From Spirochaetia bacterium (GTDB lineage: Bacteria > Spirochaetota > Spirochaetia > UBA9216), in the NCBI GenBank assembly GCA_963675665.1, contig OY776510.1, positions 3,392,001-3,456,000 on the forward strand: a DNA stretch of 64,000 nucleotides, in the 5' to 3' direction. The notes under the pieces were generated by a model, which worked only from the letters and a program-made list of their open reading frames with translations, ran no database searches and was not told the origin of the DNA. Position 1 is the stretch's first letter. Every line of letters starts with the position of its first letter. This document shows, one piece after another, positions 54,317 through 62,354 of this stretch. The position numbers and the translations under genes were made by a program.

Positions 54317-55318
54317 ATGAATAAAATACTTCGCGTTTATGATAACCTATCAAGCAGGCAGGGGTTTAATGACTCTTTGCTTCATTTTCAGTCTGTAATG
54401 GACATAATTTCTGATTTTGAAGAGGGATATAATCTTGCAGATATACTTAACAGTCTTTTATCTGCCAAAGATATTCAACAGGGGCAGGTAGCTTCAATTG
54501 TTTCGGCTCTTCTGAATGATAAATACGGCTATTACAGCAAATCCGGAAACCTTTCAGTAACAACACACGATTTTGAAACTATTAAATCGGAATTAAAAAA
54601 ACTAAAGGCATTTGATTCTGTTATATGCTATCACCATCCCGAATTGGGATATCTTGTTATTAATCCAAAAAATGAACAAAGCTGGGATGTAACCAACGAG
54701 TTGAGAAAAAATGAGTTTGTTACTGTTTTTGTAGGTACCTTTTCAGACGAGAAAAGAGAAAATGTTCCCAGGGACAAAGTAGCGGAAAAGATCTTTGAAA
54801 TAATAAACGGCAAGAAATCAGTTTTATCTGATGTTATGAAAAAGGGCAGTTATAAGTATACTCCTTATGAAGCTTATGAAGATGAAGAAGAGTATGAAGA
54901 TGAACAGGAATATGAAGATGAAACGGAACCGGATGAGGAAGTAGAAACAGTACAGCCTAAACAGGAGCCGCAAAAGAGCAGCGGATCACAAAAAATGACG
55001 CCGATGTATTCAGTTCCTGTTACCAACGAGTTGTTTCATAACGGTAATGTTGAGGCCTGGAAAAGAATTATTCAGAGTTACAATGCAAAAAATCCGAATC
55101 TTGAAGTACATATTTTTTATGATGGAGAGAGGATTTTAAATATCGCTTCGCTTTTCAAGTGGGGAAAAGTAAAACACGGCAGTGCTATTTTGTTTGCCGT
55201 AGCAGGGGATGATATAAAGGATGTAGCAAAACTTCAGAAATATTTGAAACAGGGTGCAAGTCATCAGTTCGAAGCTTTTCTGAAATTCCCTGTTAATACG
55301 GTAATAAATCTTTTCTAG
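54317..55318 (+). CDS. Protein with unknown N-terminal domain, acidic linker and C-terminal HPr-like domain
   Basis: ATG 54317 after GAGG. C-terminal ~90 aa align by eye to HPr (VTNELFH ~ [19 protein letters not shown] ~ [24 protein letters not shown] ~ [14 protein letters not shown]). Confidence 0.7.
   Translation: [333 protein letters not shown]
54875..54928 (+). repeat. Three tandem 18-bp units encoding YEDE(E/Q/T)E
   Basis: TATGAAGATGAAGAAGAG / TATGAAGATGAACAGGAA / TATGAAGATGAAACGGAA. Confidence 0.8.
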
Positions 55319-55334
55319 AAAAACGAGGAAAAAA

Positions 55335-57971
55335 ATGGATATAAAAGAAAATACATATTTTATCACTAATAAAGCTTCAGCGAAAAAAACACCTGATTCA
55401 AATAAAATAGGTATTAGGGGGCAGCACGCATATGATCTTATGAAAATGGGTCTTCCTGTAGTACCTGGATTTATTATTAATACGGTAGCTTCGCCGCGGC
55501 TGGAAAAAGAAGATGATCTGATTAGTATTTTTAAACCTTTTTTCGATTATTACCGTAAACTTTCAGGCAAGGTTTTTGACAGTGAAGACAACCCCATGCT
55601 TTTAAAGATTGTACTGAGTTCAAATCTTGCAATAGCTTCTTATCCGACGTTGCACAATTTCGGTCTTGCAGATAACACCTTTGAAGGTTTCAGCAAATAT
55701 GTTGGAAAAGATTTTGCAAACCATGAATTCCTGTTCATGCTGAACGGTCTTTTTCAGGTTGAATTGAGAATTGCTGAACTTCTTGAAGATAATAAAGCGA
55801 TCGACAGATACCGTAAAAATCTTAAAAAGCTGAAAGTTCTGAATTCCGAAGATAAAAAGGTTGATTATAACAAGATACTGGAAGGTTTCAAGAATGAACT
55901 TGAACCCGGTCTGTTTAAAAGCGCATCGGAACAGATGAAGATTGTGCTTAAAAGAGTAAGTTATCTGATTAAACTTGAAGATGTGGAAGACACAGGAGTT
56001 GCTATTCTTGTGCAGCCGATGGTATACGGCAATTACGGTAAAGACAGTTATTCGGGCTATTTTTCAACAAGAAACGCAATAACCGGAGATGCTGTTCTGG
56101 ATGGCGAGTTTTTCCAGAATAAATTCAATTCTGCCGAATCAACAGGAAAAGATATCAACAAGATTGACAGGAAATATCTTGATGAATTTAAAGAAATTGC
56201 AGTTAAGCTTGAAGATGAATATCGTGAAATCAGAAAAATAGGTTTCACTATTGAAAGCGGGCGATTATCGCTGATAAACCAGAATCCTGTAAATGAAAAA
56301 TCAACGAGAGCAGATATTAAACTGCTACTGGATCTTTACAATAACAAAACTATTGATCAGAAAGAAGTAATAACAGGTATCAAACCTTCGCAGCTAAACG
56401 AGTTGCTGCATCCGGTTATTGATATGAAATCAGTTCAGAATTTAAAGAAAATCGACGGCGGTATTTCCGGGGCTCCGGGGGCAACCATAGGAAGAGTCTT
56501 TTTCTCTACCGAGGCGCTTCTCGATGAGTTTAAAAATGCCAGACTTAATGATATGGACGACAGGCTTATACTTTGTCTGACTTCCAGTTTTGCAGAAGAC
56601 GTAAAGGCAATTGAAGTTTCATCGGGGGTCCTTTCTTCTGAGGGAGGCTATTCAGCTCATGCATCGGTAGTAGCACGTCAGTACGGGAAGGTTTCGCTTG
56701 TAAATCCCGCTATGAAAATCAGCGGAAATAAAGCGGTAATCGGTGATGTTACCATAAAAGAAGGCGATGTAATAACGTTGAATGTTCCGGACTTTGCCGC
56801 GCCGAGCATATATCTTGGCCAGGCAGGCCTGATACAACCGGATCCTGCAAAAAACGGTTTGATTGAATTTTCAAAAATTGTAAAGGAAAATATAGAAAAC
56901 TTTGAAATCAGGGCAAACTGCGACAAGGCAAACGACGCCAAGCTCGCGCTGGCGTTCGGAGCTGACGGTATAGGTCTCTGCAGAACAGAGCATATGTTTT
57001 TTGACGAGTCACGGATTAATGTTTTCAGAGAAATGATTTTTTCAGAGGATGACTCGAAAAGAAAAGCTGTTCTCAAGAAATTAAAAACAATGCAGAAAAA
57101 AGATTTTACCGATCTGCTGAGCGTAATGGCCGGCAAAGAGGTAAACATCCGACTGCTTGATGCTCCATTGCATGAATTTCTGCCCCATAATAAAGCAGAG
57201 ATAAAAGCTTTTTGTGATTATATGAAAAAATCAACGGGAAAGAGCTTTACCGAGAAAAATCTTCAGGAAAAATCGGAGAGTCTTAGGGAATTTAACCCGA
57301 TGCTCGGGCACCGCGGTTGCAGAATAGCAGTATCATACCCGGAAATATATCAAATGCAGGTTGAAGCCATATTTGAAGCTGCTTATGAGCTGCAGGCAAA
57401 GAAAATAGTTGTCAAACCGGAAATCATGGTGCCTTTGATTATGAATGAAGCAGAACTGAAGATGATTCTATACGGAAAGAAAATCGAAGGTTCGCAGTAT
57501 CCGGGTCTTCTTGAAGTAGAAAAGGAAATTCGCGAGAAGATGAAAGCCAAACCGCTAAAATTTAAAGTCGGAACGATGATTGAACTTCCTGCAGCCGCCC
57601 TGTCCGCCGGTAATATTGCGCGTTATGCTGAATTCTTTTCATTCGGTACAAATGATCTTACCCAGACTACACTTGGCCTTTCAAGAGATGATTTCACTTC
57701 TTTTATGCCTGATTACACCTTGTACGACATTATAAGCGGAAATCCTTTCAGAACACTTGAAAAGCCGGTAAAGGAACTTATTGCACGCGCTATACAGCGC
57801 GGAACAATAACAAGACCGGACTTGCTGAAAGGACTATGCGGCGAGCATGGAGCAGCCCCTGAAAATATAGATTTCTGTATCAATGTTGGGCTTGATTATG
57901 TTTCATGTTCTACATATTCGGTGCCTATTGCCGCATTATCCGCTGCACAGGCATTGATTAAAAGAAAATAG
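55335..57971 (+). CDS. Pyruvate phosphate dikinase-like PEP-utilising protein with degenerate ATP-grasp domain
   Basis: PPDK three-domain layout; phospho-His loop GGYSAHASVVAR; intact PEP/pyruvate barrel (GIGLCRTEHMFF, RLLD.PLHEF, NPMLGHRGCR, MIE, FSFGTNDLTQ, CGEHG); nucleotide-site motifs altered. Confidence 0.85.
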   Translation: MDIKENTYFITNKASAKKTPDSNKIGIRGQHAYDLMKMGLPVVPGFIINTVASPRLEKEDDLISIFKPFFDYYRKLSGKVFDSEDNPMLLKIVLSSNLAIASYPTLHNFGLADNTFEGFSKYVGKDFANHEFLFMLNGLFQVELRIAELLEDNKAIDRYRKNLKKLKVLNSEDKKVDYNKILEGFKNELEPGLFKSASEQMKIVLKRVSYLIKLEDVEDTGVAILVQPMVYGNYGKDSYSGYFSTRNAITGDAVLDGEFFQNKFNSAESTGKDINKIDRKYLDEFKEIAVKLEDEYREIRKIGFTIESGRLSLINQNPVNEKSTRADIKLLLDLYNNKTIDQKEVITGIKPSQLNELLHPVIDMKSVQNLKKIDGGISGAPGATIGRVFFSTEALLDEFKNARLNDMDDRLILCLTSSFAEDVKAIEVSSGVLSSEGGYSAHASVVARQYGKVSLVNPAMKISGNKAVIGDVTIKEGDVITLNVPDFAAPSIYLGQAGLIQPDPAKNGLIEFSKIVKENIENFEIRANCDKANDAKLALAFGADGIGLCRTEHMFFDESRINVFREMIFSEDDSKRKAVLKKLKTMQKKDFTDLLSVMAGKEVNIRLLDAPLHEFLPHNKAEIKAFCDYMKKSTGKSFTEKNLQEKSESLREFNPMLGHRGCRIAVSYPEIYQMQVEAIFEAAYELQAKKIVVKPEIMVPLIMNEAELKMILYGKKIEGSQYPGLLEVEKEIREKMKAKPLKFKVGTMIELPAAALSAGNIARYAEFFSFGTNDLTQTTLGLSRDDFTSFMPDYTLYDIISGNPFRTLEKPVKELIARAIQRGTITRPDLLKGLCGEHGAAPENIDFCINVGLDYVSCSTYSVPIAALSAAQALIKRK

Positions 57972-57986
57972 TCAGCTTTTTGATAA

Positions 57987-58027
57987 AAAAAAGCCGGTTG
58001 TTAAAAGATGTTACAACCGGCTTTTTT
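57987..58027. terminator. Bidirectional intrinsic terminator between convergent genes
   Basis: AAAAAAGCCGGTTGT...ACAACCGGCTTTTTT. Confidence 0.85.
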
Positions 58028-58041
58028 GAATTTAAAATCGA

Positions 58042-58590
58042 TTAGAAAATGCTGAATTTTTTTATAGCCTCAATAACAAGTTTTGCTGCTTCCTGAGCGT
58101 CCCTTTTGGGAACCTGAGCTTCCCTGTTGAATGTTTGAACAAAAAAGAACTCAATTGTTTCAAAAACATCCGGAAGATTATAAAAACAAAGTGCGAAGTT
58201 AATACCGGTCGGTTTTAAAATTGTAAATGAAGAATAGGTGACAAGAGGTTCTTTCGGGACCATAATCTTGTACTGATTTTTGGCATTATGTATATTCAGT
58301 TCACTGAATCTGAAGGGGATGGAACTTCCATGTTCACGGGATACGGGCTCCACATATTTTCTTGAATACATGGTTGGTTCAACAAGAATGTACAGTTTGC
58401 AGCCGTCAGTCTGAAAAGTAATACCTTCGTCGCTTGCAGTAATATTTTTAACACCGCCGTAAGCAACAACTTCATATATAGAGTAAGGTGAATTATTCTT
58501 AAAAAAGGACGACACTATATAACCGCCGTCATGCGGAAGCTTACCTTCATGATAAGCCTGAAAAAGATCCAAAGCTTTTGTTTGAGCCAT
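58042..58590 (-). CDS. Hypothetical protein, 182 aa
   Basis: Clean ORF with AGGAGG RBS and a near-consensus promoter; no recognised domain. Confidence 0.8.
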   Translation of the reverse strand: MAQTKALDLFQAYHEGKLPHDGGYIVSSFFKNNSPYSIYEVVAYGGVKNITASDEGITFQTDGCKLYILVEPTMYSRKYVEPVSREHGSSIPFRFSELNIHNAKNQYKIMVPKEPLVTYSSFTILKPTGINFALCFYNLPDVFETIEFFFVQTFNREAQVPKRDAQEAAKLVIEAIKKFSIF

Positions 58591-58607
58591 TTTTTCCTCC
58601 TGATGTT

Positions 58608-58636
58608 ATTATAATTTACACAACTTTAATTCGCAA
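58608..58636 (-). promoter_or_regulatory. Putative sigma70 promoter for the 182-aa gene
   Basis: Minus strand TTGCGA-17 nt-TATAAT. Confidence 0.7.
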
Positions 58637-58641
58637 TAAAG

Positions 58642-60531
58642 TTATTTTTTTTTTGATTGTTCAGCCTTTTTACTGTACATCTCAGCCCATTCGATAAGAC
58701 CTTTCTTGCGGTAGATTACACTCATATTATAATAAACTCTTCGGTCGCTGATTCCGTTGTAAATGCATTTTTGAAAAACATTGAGAGCTTCTTCATCCAT
58801 ACCGTTTTTATAAAGGGTTACTCCGTAAACAAGAAGAAGGTCTACAGACGGTTTTTTGAAAGCCTCTATGGCGCTTTTCAGTAAAGGAAGAGTTTCAGAA
58901 TCTCTGCCTTCTTTTCTCATGCAGAAAAGAAGCAGTTTCAGATATTCCTCATTGAAAGGTGAATTTGAAAGCAGCTGTCGATAGAGAATCGATGCTTCCC
59001 TGTAAATTCCGGCCTTGCGGCAACAATATGCCAGCTTTTTAATGTAAAAAATTTCATTTGAGAGAGAAGCTATAATTCTATACTGGTCTGATGCAGTCCT
59101 GTAATCACCGTTTCTGACAAGCATTCCGGCGTAAAGAATCCTTCTTTCGGTATCATTTTCATAAAAAGAAAGATATTTCTTAAGTACTGGCAACAATGGT
59201 TTTCCGGCAGGTTCTGCCGATTCTATCAGTCCGTTCCAGGCATCGCTCAGACTGTTCTCAATTTTTAATGCATTTTTGAATGAACTGTAAGCGCGCAAAT
59301 AATCAGATACGGACATTTCACCATATCCTTTTGCTGTGAGCAGCCAGCCGTCTTTCTCTTTTTTTAAACGGTTTTCGACGGCGGGTTTCCAGGTATTATA
59401 ATCTTTGTTCAGCTTCCAGCTGCATAATATGCGGTAGTATTCCGCAAAATCATCGTCCGGATTCTTTATTTCGATTATATCAAGTTCGGAATCAACTCCT
59501 GAATAATCATTCTCAAGCCATCTTACTGATGCTCTGCCGTAATGCGGTTCTACGGTTTTTTTATTAATTTCTGAAGCACGGGTGAAATGATTATATGATT
59601 CTTCAAGCCTTCCGCTGTTTTTGAGACATTCGCCGGCAAGAAGATGCATGTCGTAAGTCCGTTCTTTTTTTAAAGAAGAAATTGCGTAATACAGGGCGGT
59701 GCTGTAATCTTTTTTTAGCCAGAAGGCGACGGCAAACGATTGCCCGGTATTATCCAGGGTGTTTAAAAAAGATTTTATTTCGTCCTGCTCTTTATATGTT
59801 GACAGTAATTCAAAGGCACTGTCGATATCACCGACCAGCATGTATAATTCAGCAAGAATGTTTTTTACAAGGGAATCTTCAGGTACAATACTCGCTGCAT
59901 AATATATATATTTGGCAGCTTTGACATATTCTTTTAATTCTTTATAGATTATGCCCGTATATAATTTTGTCGTAAGAGAAGTGAAACCTGAATCTTCAAG
60001 AAAAAGAAGCCCCTTTAAAGCTTTTTGGTAATTTTCATTCCTGAATTCCTTAAGAGATAAAACAAGAATGCTGTTTATATACATCGTATTGACTTTTTTG
60101 TTATTTGGTTCTTCAGCGATAGCTTTTGAAAGGTAATCTACAGCCTTTTCAGGACATCCGCAGCGCAGCATCGCATATCCAAGGTAGACAAGCGAAGGCG
60201 CAAAATCAGGTTTTAACCGCAAAGCCTCATTAAAGCAAGATGCGGCACGGTGGAATTTGCCTGTTGCTATGTAGGTTCTGCCGAGATAGAAATAACCTGC
60301 ACCGGATTTTGGAGCTTTTGTAATATAAAGCCTCAGAGAAATAATGGCGTCATCAAAATTTCCAAGCTCGTGGCAGGCACGTCCAAGGTAAAGCAGCGCT
60401 TCGGGTATATCATCCGAAAGATTTAAAACATTTCTGAGTTTTATTACGGCTGCCGCGTAATTGCGCCTGCGTCCGTCTTCGATTGCATTTTGGAATAAAT
60501 TATTAACCCTGTTTTTTGAATTTACCACCAA
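58642..60531 (-). CDS. Cytoplasmic tetratricopeptide repeat protein
   Basis: Multiple TPR units (ALLYLGRA, GYFYLGRTY, SLVYLGYA, VYYNMSVIY); no signal peptide. Confidence 0.85.
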   Translation of the reverse strand: MVVNSKNRVNNLFQNAIEDGRRRNYAAAVIKLRNVLNLSDDIPEALLYLGRACHELGNFDDAIISLRLYITKAPKSGAGYFYLGRTYIATGKFHRAASCFNEALRLKPDFAPSLVYLGYAMLRCGCPEKAVDYLSKAIAEEPNNKKVNTMYINSILVLSLKEFRNENYQKALKGLLFLEDSGFTSLTTKLYTGIIYKELKEYVKAAKYIYYAASIVPEDSLVKNILAELYMLVGDIDSAFELLSTYKEQDEIKSFLNTLDNTGQSFAVAFWLKKDYSTALYYAISSLKKERTYDMHLLAGECLKNSGRLEESYNHFTRASEINKKTVEPHYGRASVRWLENDYSGVDSELDIIEIKNPDDDFAEYYRILCSWKLNKDYNTWKPAVENRLKKEKDGWLLTAKGYGEMSVSDYLRAYSSFKNALKIENSLSDAWNGLIESAEPAGKPLLPVLKKYLSFYENDTERRILYAGMLVRNGDYRTASDQYRIIASLSNEIFYIKKLAYCCRKAGIYREASILYRQLLSNSPFNEEYLKLLLFCMRKEGRDSETLPLLKSAIEAFKKPSVDLLLVYGVTLYKNGMDEEALNVFQKCIYNGISDRRVYYNMSVIYRKKGLIEWAEMYSKKAEQSKKK

Positions 60532-60561
60532 ATAAGGTTAACATATAATTGATATTTATAC

Positions 60562-60590
60562 TTGTGGATTTTTATTAAAAATGATATAAA
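60562..60590 (+). promoter_or_regulatory. Putative promoter upstream of the Moco-like RNA
   Basis: TTGTGG(60562-60567)-17 nt-TATAAA(60585-60590) with extended TG; predicted start about 60597. Confidence 0.5.
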
Positions 60591-60601
60591 TATTCAACGG
60601 A

Positions 60602-60703
60602 TTTTCTCCGAATTATTTCAGCTAAGGCATTTATCGCTATGCAGGAATAATCGATGGGTATTGATGGAAACGTTAATGCCTCCCGCACTTGGAAAGGAGA
60701 GGG
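60602..60703 (+). ncRNA. Moco/Wco (molybdenum/tungsten cofactor) riboswitch-like RNA, apparently lacking P3
   Basis: P1 TTCTCC/GGAGAG; P2 ATTATTTC/GGAATAAT containing a GAAA-receptor-like GCTAAG...CTATGC; P4 GGTATTGATG-GAAA-CGTTAATGCC; 3' signature GCCTCCCGCACTTGGAAAGGAG. Confidence 0.8.
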
Positions 60704-60719
60704 ATTATGGCAGAAACTT

Positions 60720-60770
60720 GCCCGCTCCTTCTTTTGGAAGCGGGCGTATTTTTGCCTTTTTATAAAGGCA
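60720..60770 (+). terminator. Terminator-like hairpins downstream of the Moco-like RNA
   Basis: GCCCGCT(60720-60726)...AGCGGGC(60739-60745) followed by GTATTTTT; second hairpin TGCCTTT/AAAGGCA (60753-60770). Confidence 0.65.
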
Positions 60771-60926
60771 GAATTTAAAATATCATAGTTCGGGTCGATC
60801 GCAAAAAAGGTTTGTATATAGTTTCCACCATAATCCTTCCGTATATGAACAGCGATTGGCCCGTTTTTTCCAACAACCACTTTGTTTTTATCTTCACATT
60901 TAATGCGCTTTCTGATACATTTCGGT

Positions 60927-62354
60927 ATGGAAGACAAGAGTATATTCAGAAATATTTCACCGCTCGATCACCGATATTATTTATCAAATCGACAGATTTT
61001 CGATTCATTAGCTGACTACATCAGTGAAGAAGCAAGCATTATGTATTGCATCAAGGCGGAAGCTGCGCTGCTTAAAAGTCATATGAGCCTGTACGGCGAA
61101 AAATATGCAGAGTTTTCCAGTATTGTTGATACGCTGGCTGACTCAATAAAACCTGAAGAAGTTTATGAGGAAGAAGAAAAGACCCAGCATAATATCAGGG
61201 CCCTTGTCAATGTGATGAAGAACAAGGTGCCGGATGAACTAAAACCTTTTATTCATCTTGGAGCAACATCAGTAGATATTCTTGATACTGCATCGTCAAT
61301 GAAGTACCGGGATGCAGTCAGAAAGGTGATTCTGCCGCAGCTTATAAAACTGGAAAAGCAGCTTGCCGAAATCGCTTCAAATGAGGCCTGTACCCCGCAG
61401 GTAGGAAGAACCCACGGGCAGCATGCAGTTCCAATTACCCTCGGCTTTGCTTTGTCGGAATATGTATCCAGACTCGGTAAATCAATTGTTGAAATAGAAA
61501 GGCTCTCGAAGGAACTGAGAGGAAAACTGGCAGGCGCTGTAGGATCATACAATTCAACCAGCATGATAGTCAGCGATCCTTTTGATCTTGAAGAACGATA
61601 TCTTGATTTTCTCGGTTTGAAAGCCTCCGAACATTCAACCCAGATGGTGGAACCGGAATATCTGTTGAGACTTCTTACCGAGATAAATACCGCTTTCGGA
61701 ATAATTGCAAATCTTGCCGATGACCTGAGAAACCTGCAGCGTTCGGAGATATCGGAGCTGAGGGAAATGTTTACGGCCACCCAGGTTGGGTCATCAACAA
61801 TGCCGCAGAAAAGAAATCCGTGGAATTCCGAACATGTTAAAAGCCTGTGGAAGGCGTTCAGTCCCCGCGTGATTACATTTTTCATGGACCAGATCTCGGA
61901 ACACCAGAGGGATCTGTCAAATTCTGCATCAACCCGGTTTATTGCTGATTACCTTGCAGGATTCACTGCGGCAGTTGCCCGTATGATAAAAATTACTGCA
62001 ACACTTTATGTCGACAGGGAAAGACTTTCAGCAAATCTGAATTTCACCGGGGACCTTGTATTAGCTGAAGCTGCATACATTCTTCTGTCATGCGCAGGAG
62101 AACCGGACGCCCATGAGGTTATCCGGAAAGTAACGCTAGAGTGTGAGAAAAATAAAACTACTCTGGCTGTTGAACTGCCGAAAAAACCGGAAACATGGAA
62201 AAAAATCTCTACGCAGCTGAAGACTGTTACTGGTCAGGATGCTTCAGATTTCTTTTCAAAGCCGGAGATGTACCGGGGCAAATCAGCTGAAAAGGCTGAG
62301 GCCATATCAGCAAAATATAAGGAAACAATGAAAAAACTTGAGGAGAGCCTTTAA
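60927..62354 (+). CDS. purB: Adenylosuccinate lyase
   Basis: ISPLDHRY, HLGATSVD, GRTHGQHA, GAVG, signature GSSTMPQKRNP, HQRDLSNS; ATG 60927. Confidence 0.93.
   Translation: MEDKSIFRNISPLDHRYYLSNRQIFDSLADYISEEASIMYCIKAEAALLKSHMSLYGEKYAEFSSIVDTLADSIKPEEVYEEEEKTQHNIRALVNVMKNKVPDELKPFIHLGATSVDILDTASSMKYRDAVRKVILPQLIKLEKQLAEIASNEACTPQVGRTHGQHAVPITLGFALSEYVSRLGKSIVEIERLSKELRGKLAGAVGSYNSTSMIVSDPFDLEERYLDFLGLKASEHSTQMVEPEYLLRLLTEINTAFGIIANLADDLRNLQRSEISELREMFTATQVGSSTMPQKRNPWNSEHVKSLWKAFSPRVITFFMDQISEHQRDLSNSASTRFIADYLAGFTAAVARMIKITATLYVDRERLSANLNFTGDLVLAEAAYILLSCAGEPDAHEVIRKVTLECEKNKTTLAVELPKKPETWKKISTQLKTVTGQDASDFFSKPEMYRGKSAEKAEAISAKYKETMKKLEESL

Noticed and set aside
55335-57971. Calling this gene canonical ppdK, or a decaying pseudogene
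   Set aside because: Nucleotide-site residues are missing, so ppdK is unsupported, but the ORF is intact with conserved His and PEP domains, so pseudogene is also unsupported.
60595-60926. Purine, ZTP (pfl) or PRPP/ppGpp (ykkC) riboswitch expected ahead of purine genes
   Set aside because: None of their core motifs was found; the sequence matches the Moco-type consensus instead.
60575-60937. 120-aa minus-strand ORF and short plus-strand ORFs (60562-60765, 60812-61015)
   Set aside because: They overlap the structured RNA, its promoter or the purB start, have no RBS or recognisable motif, and are better explained as chance ORFs.
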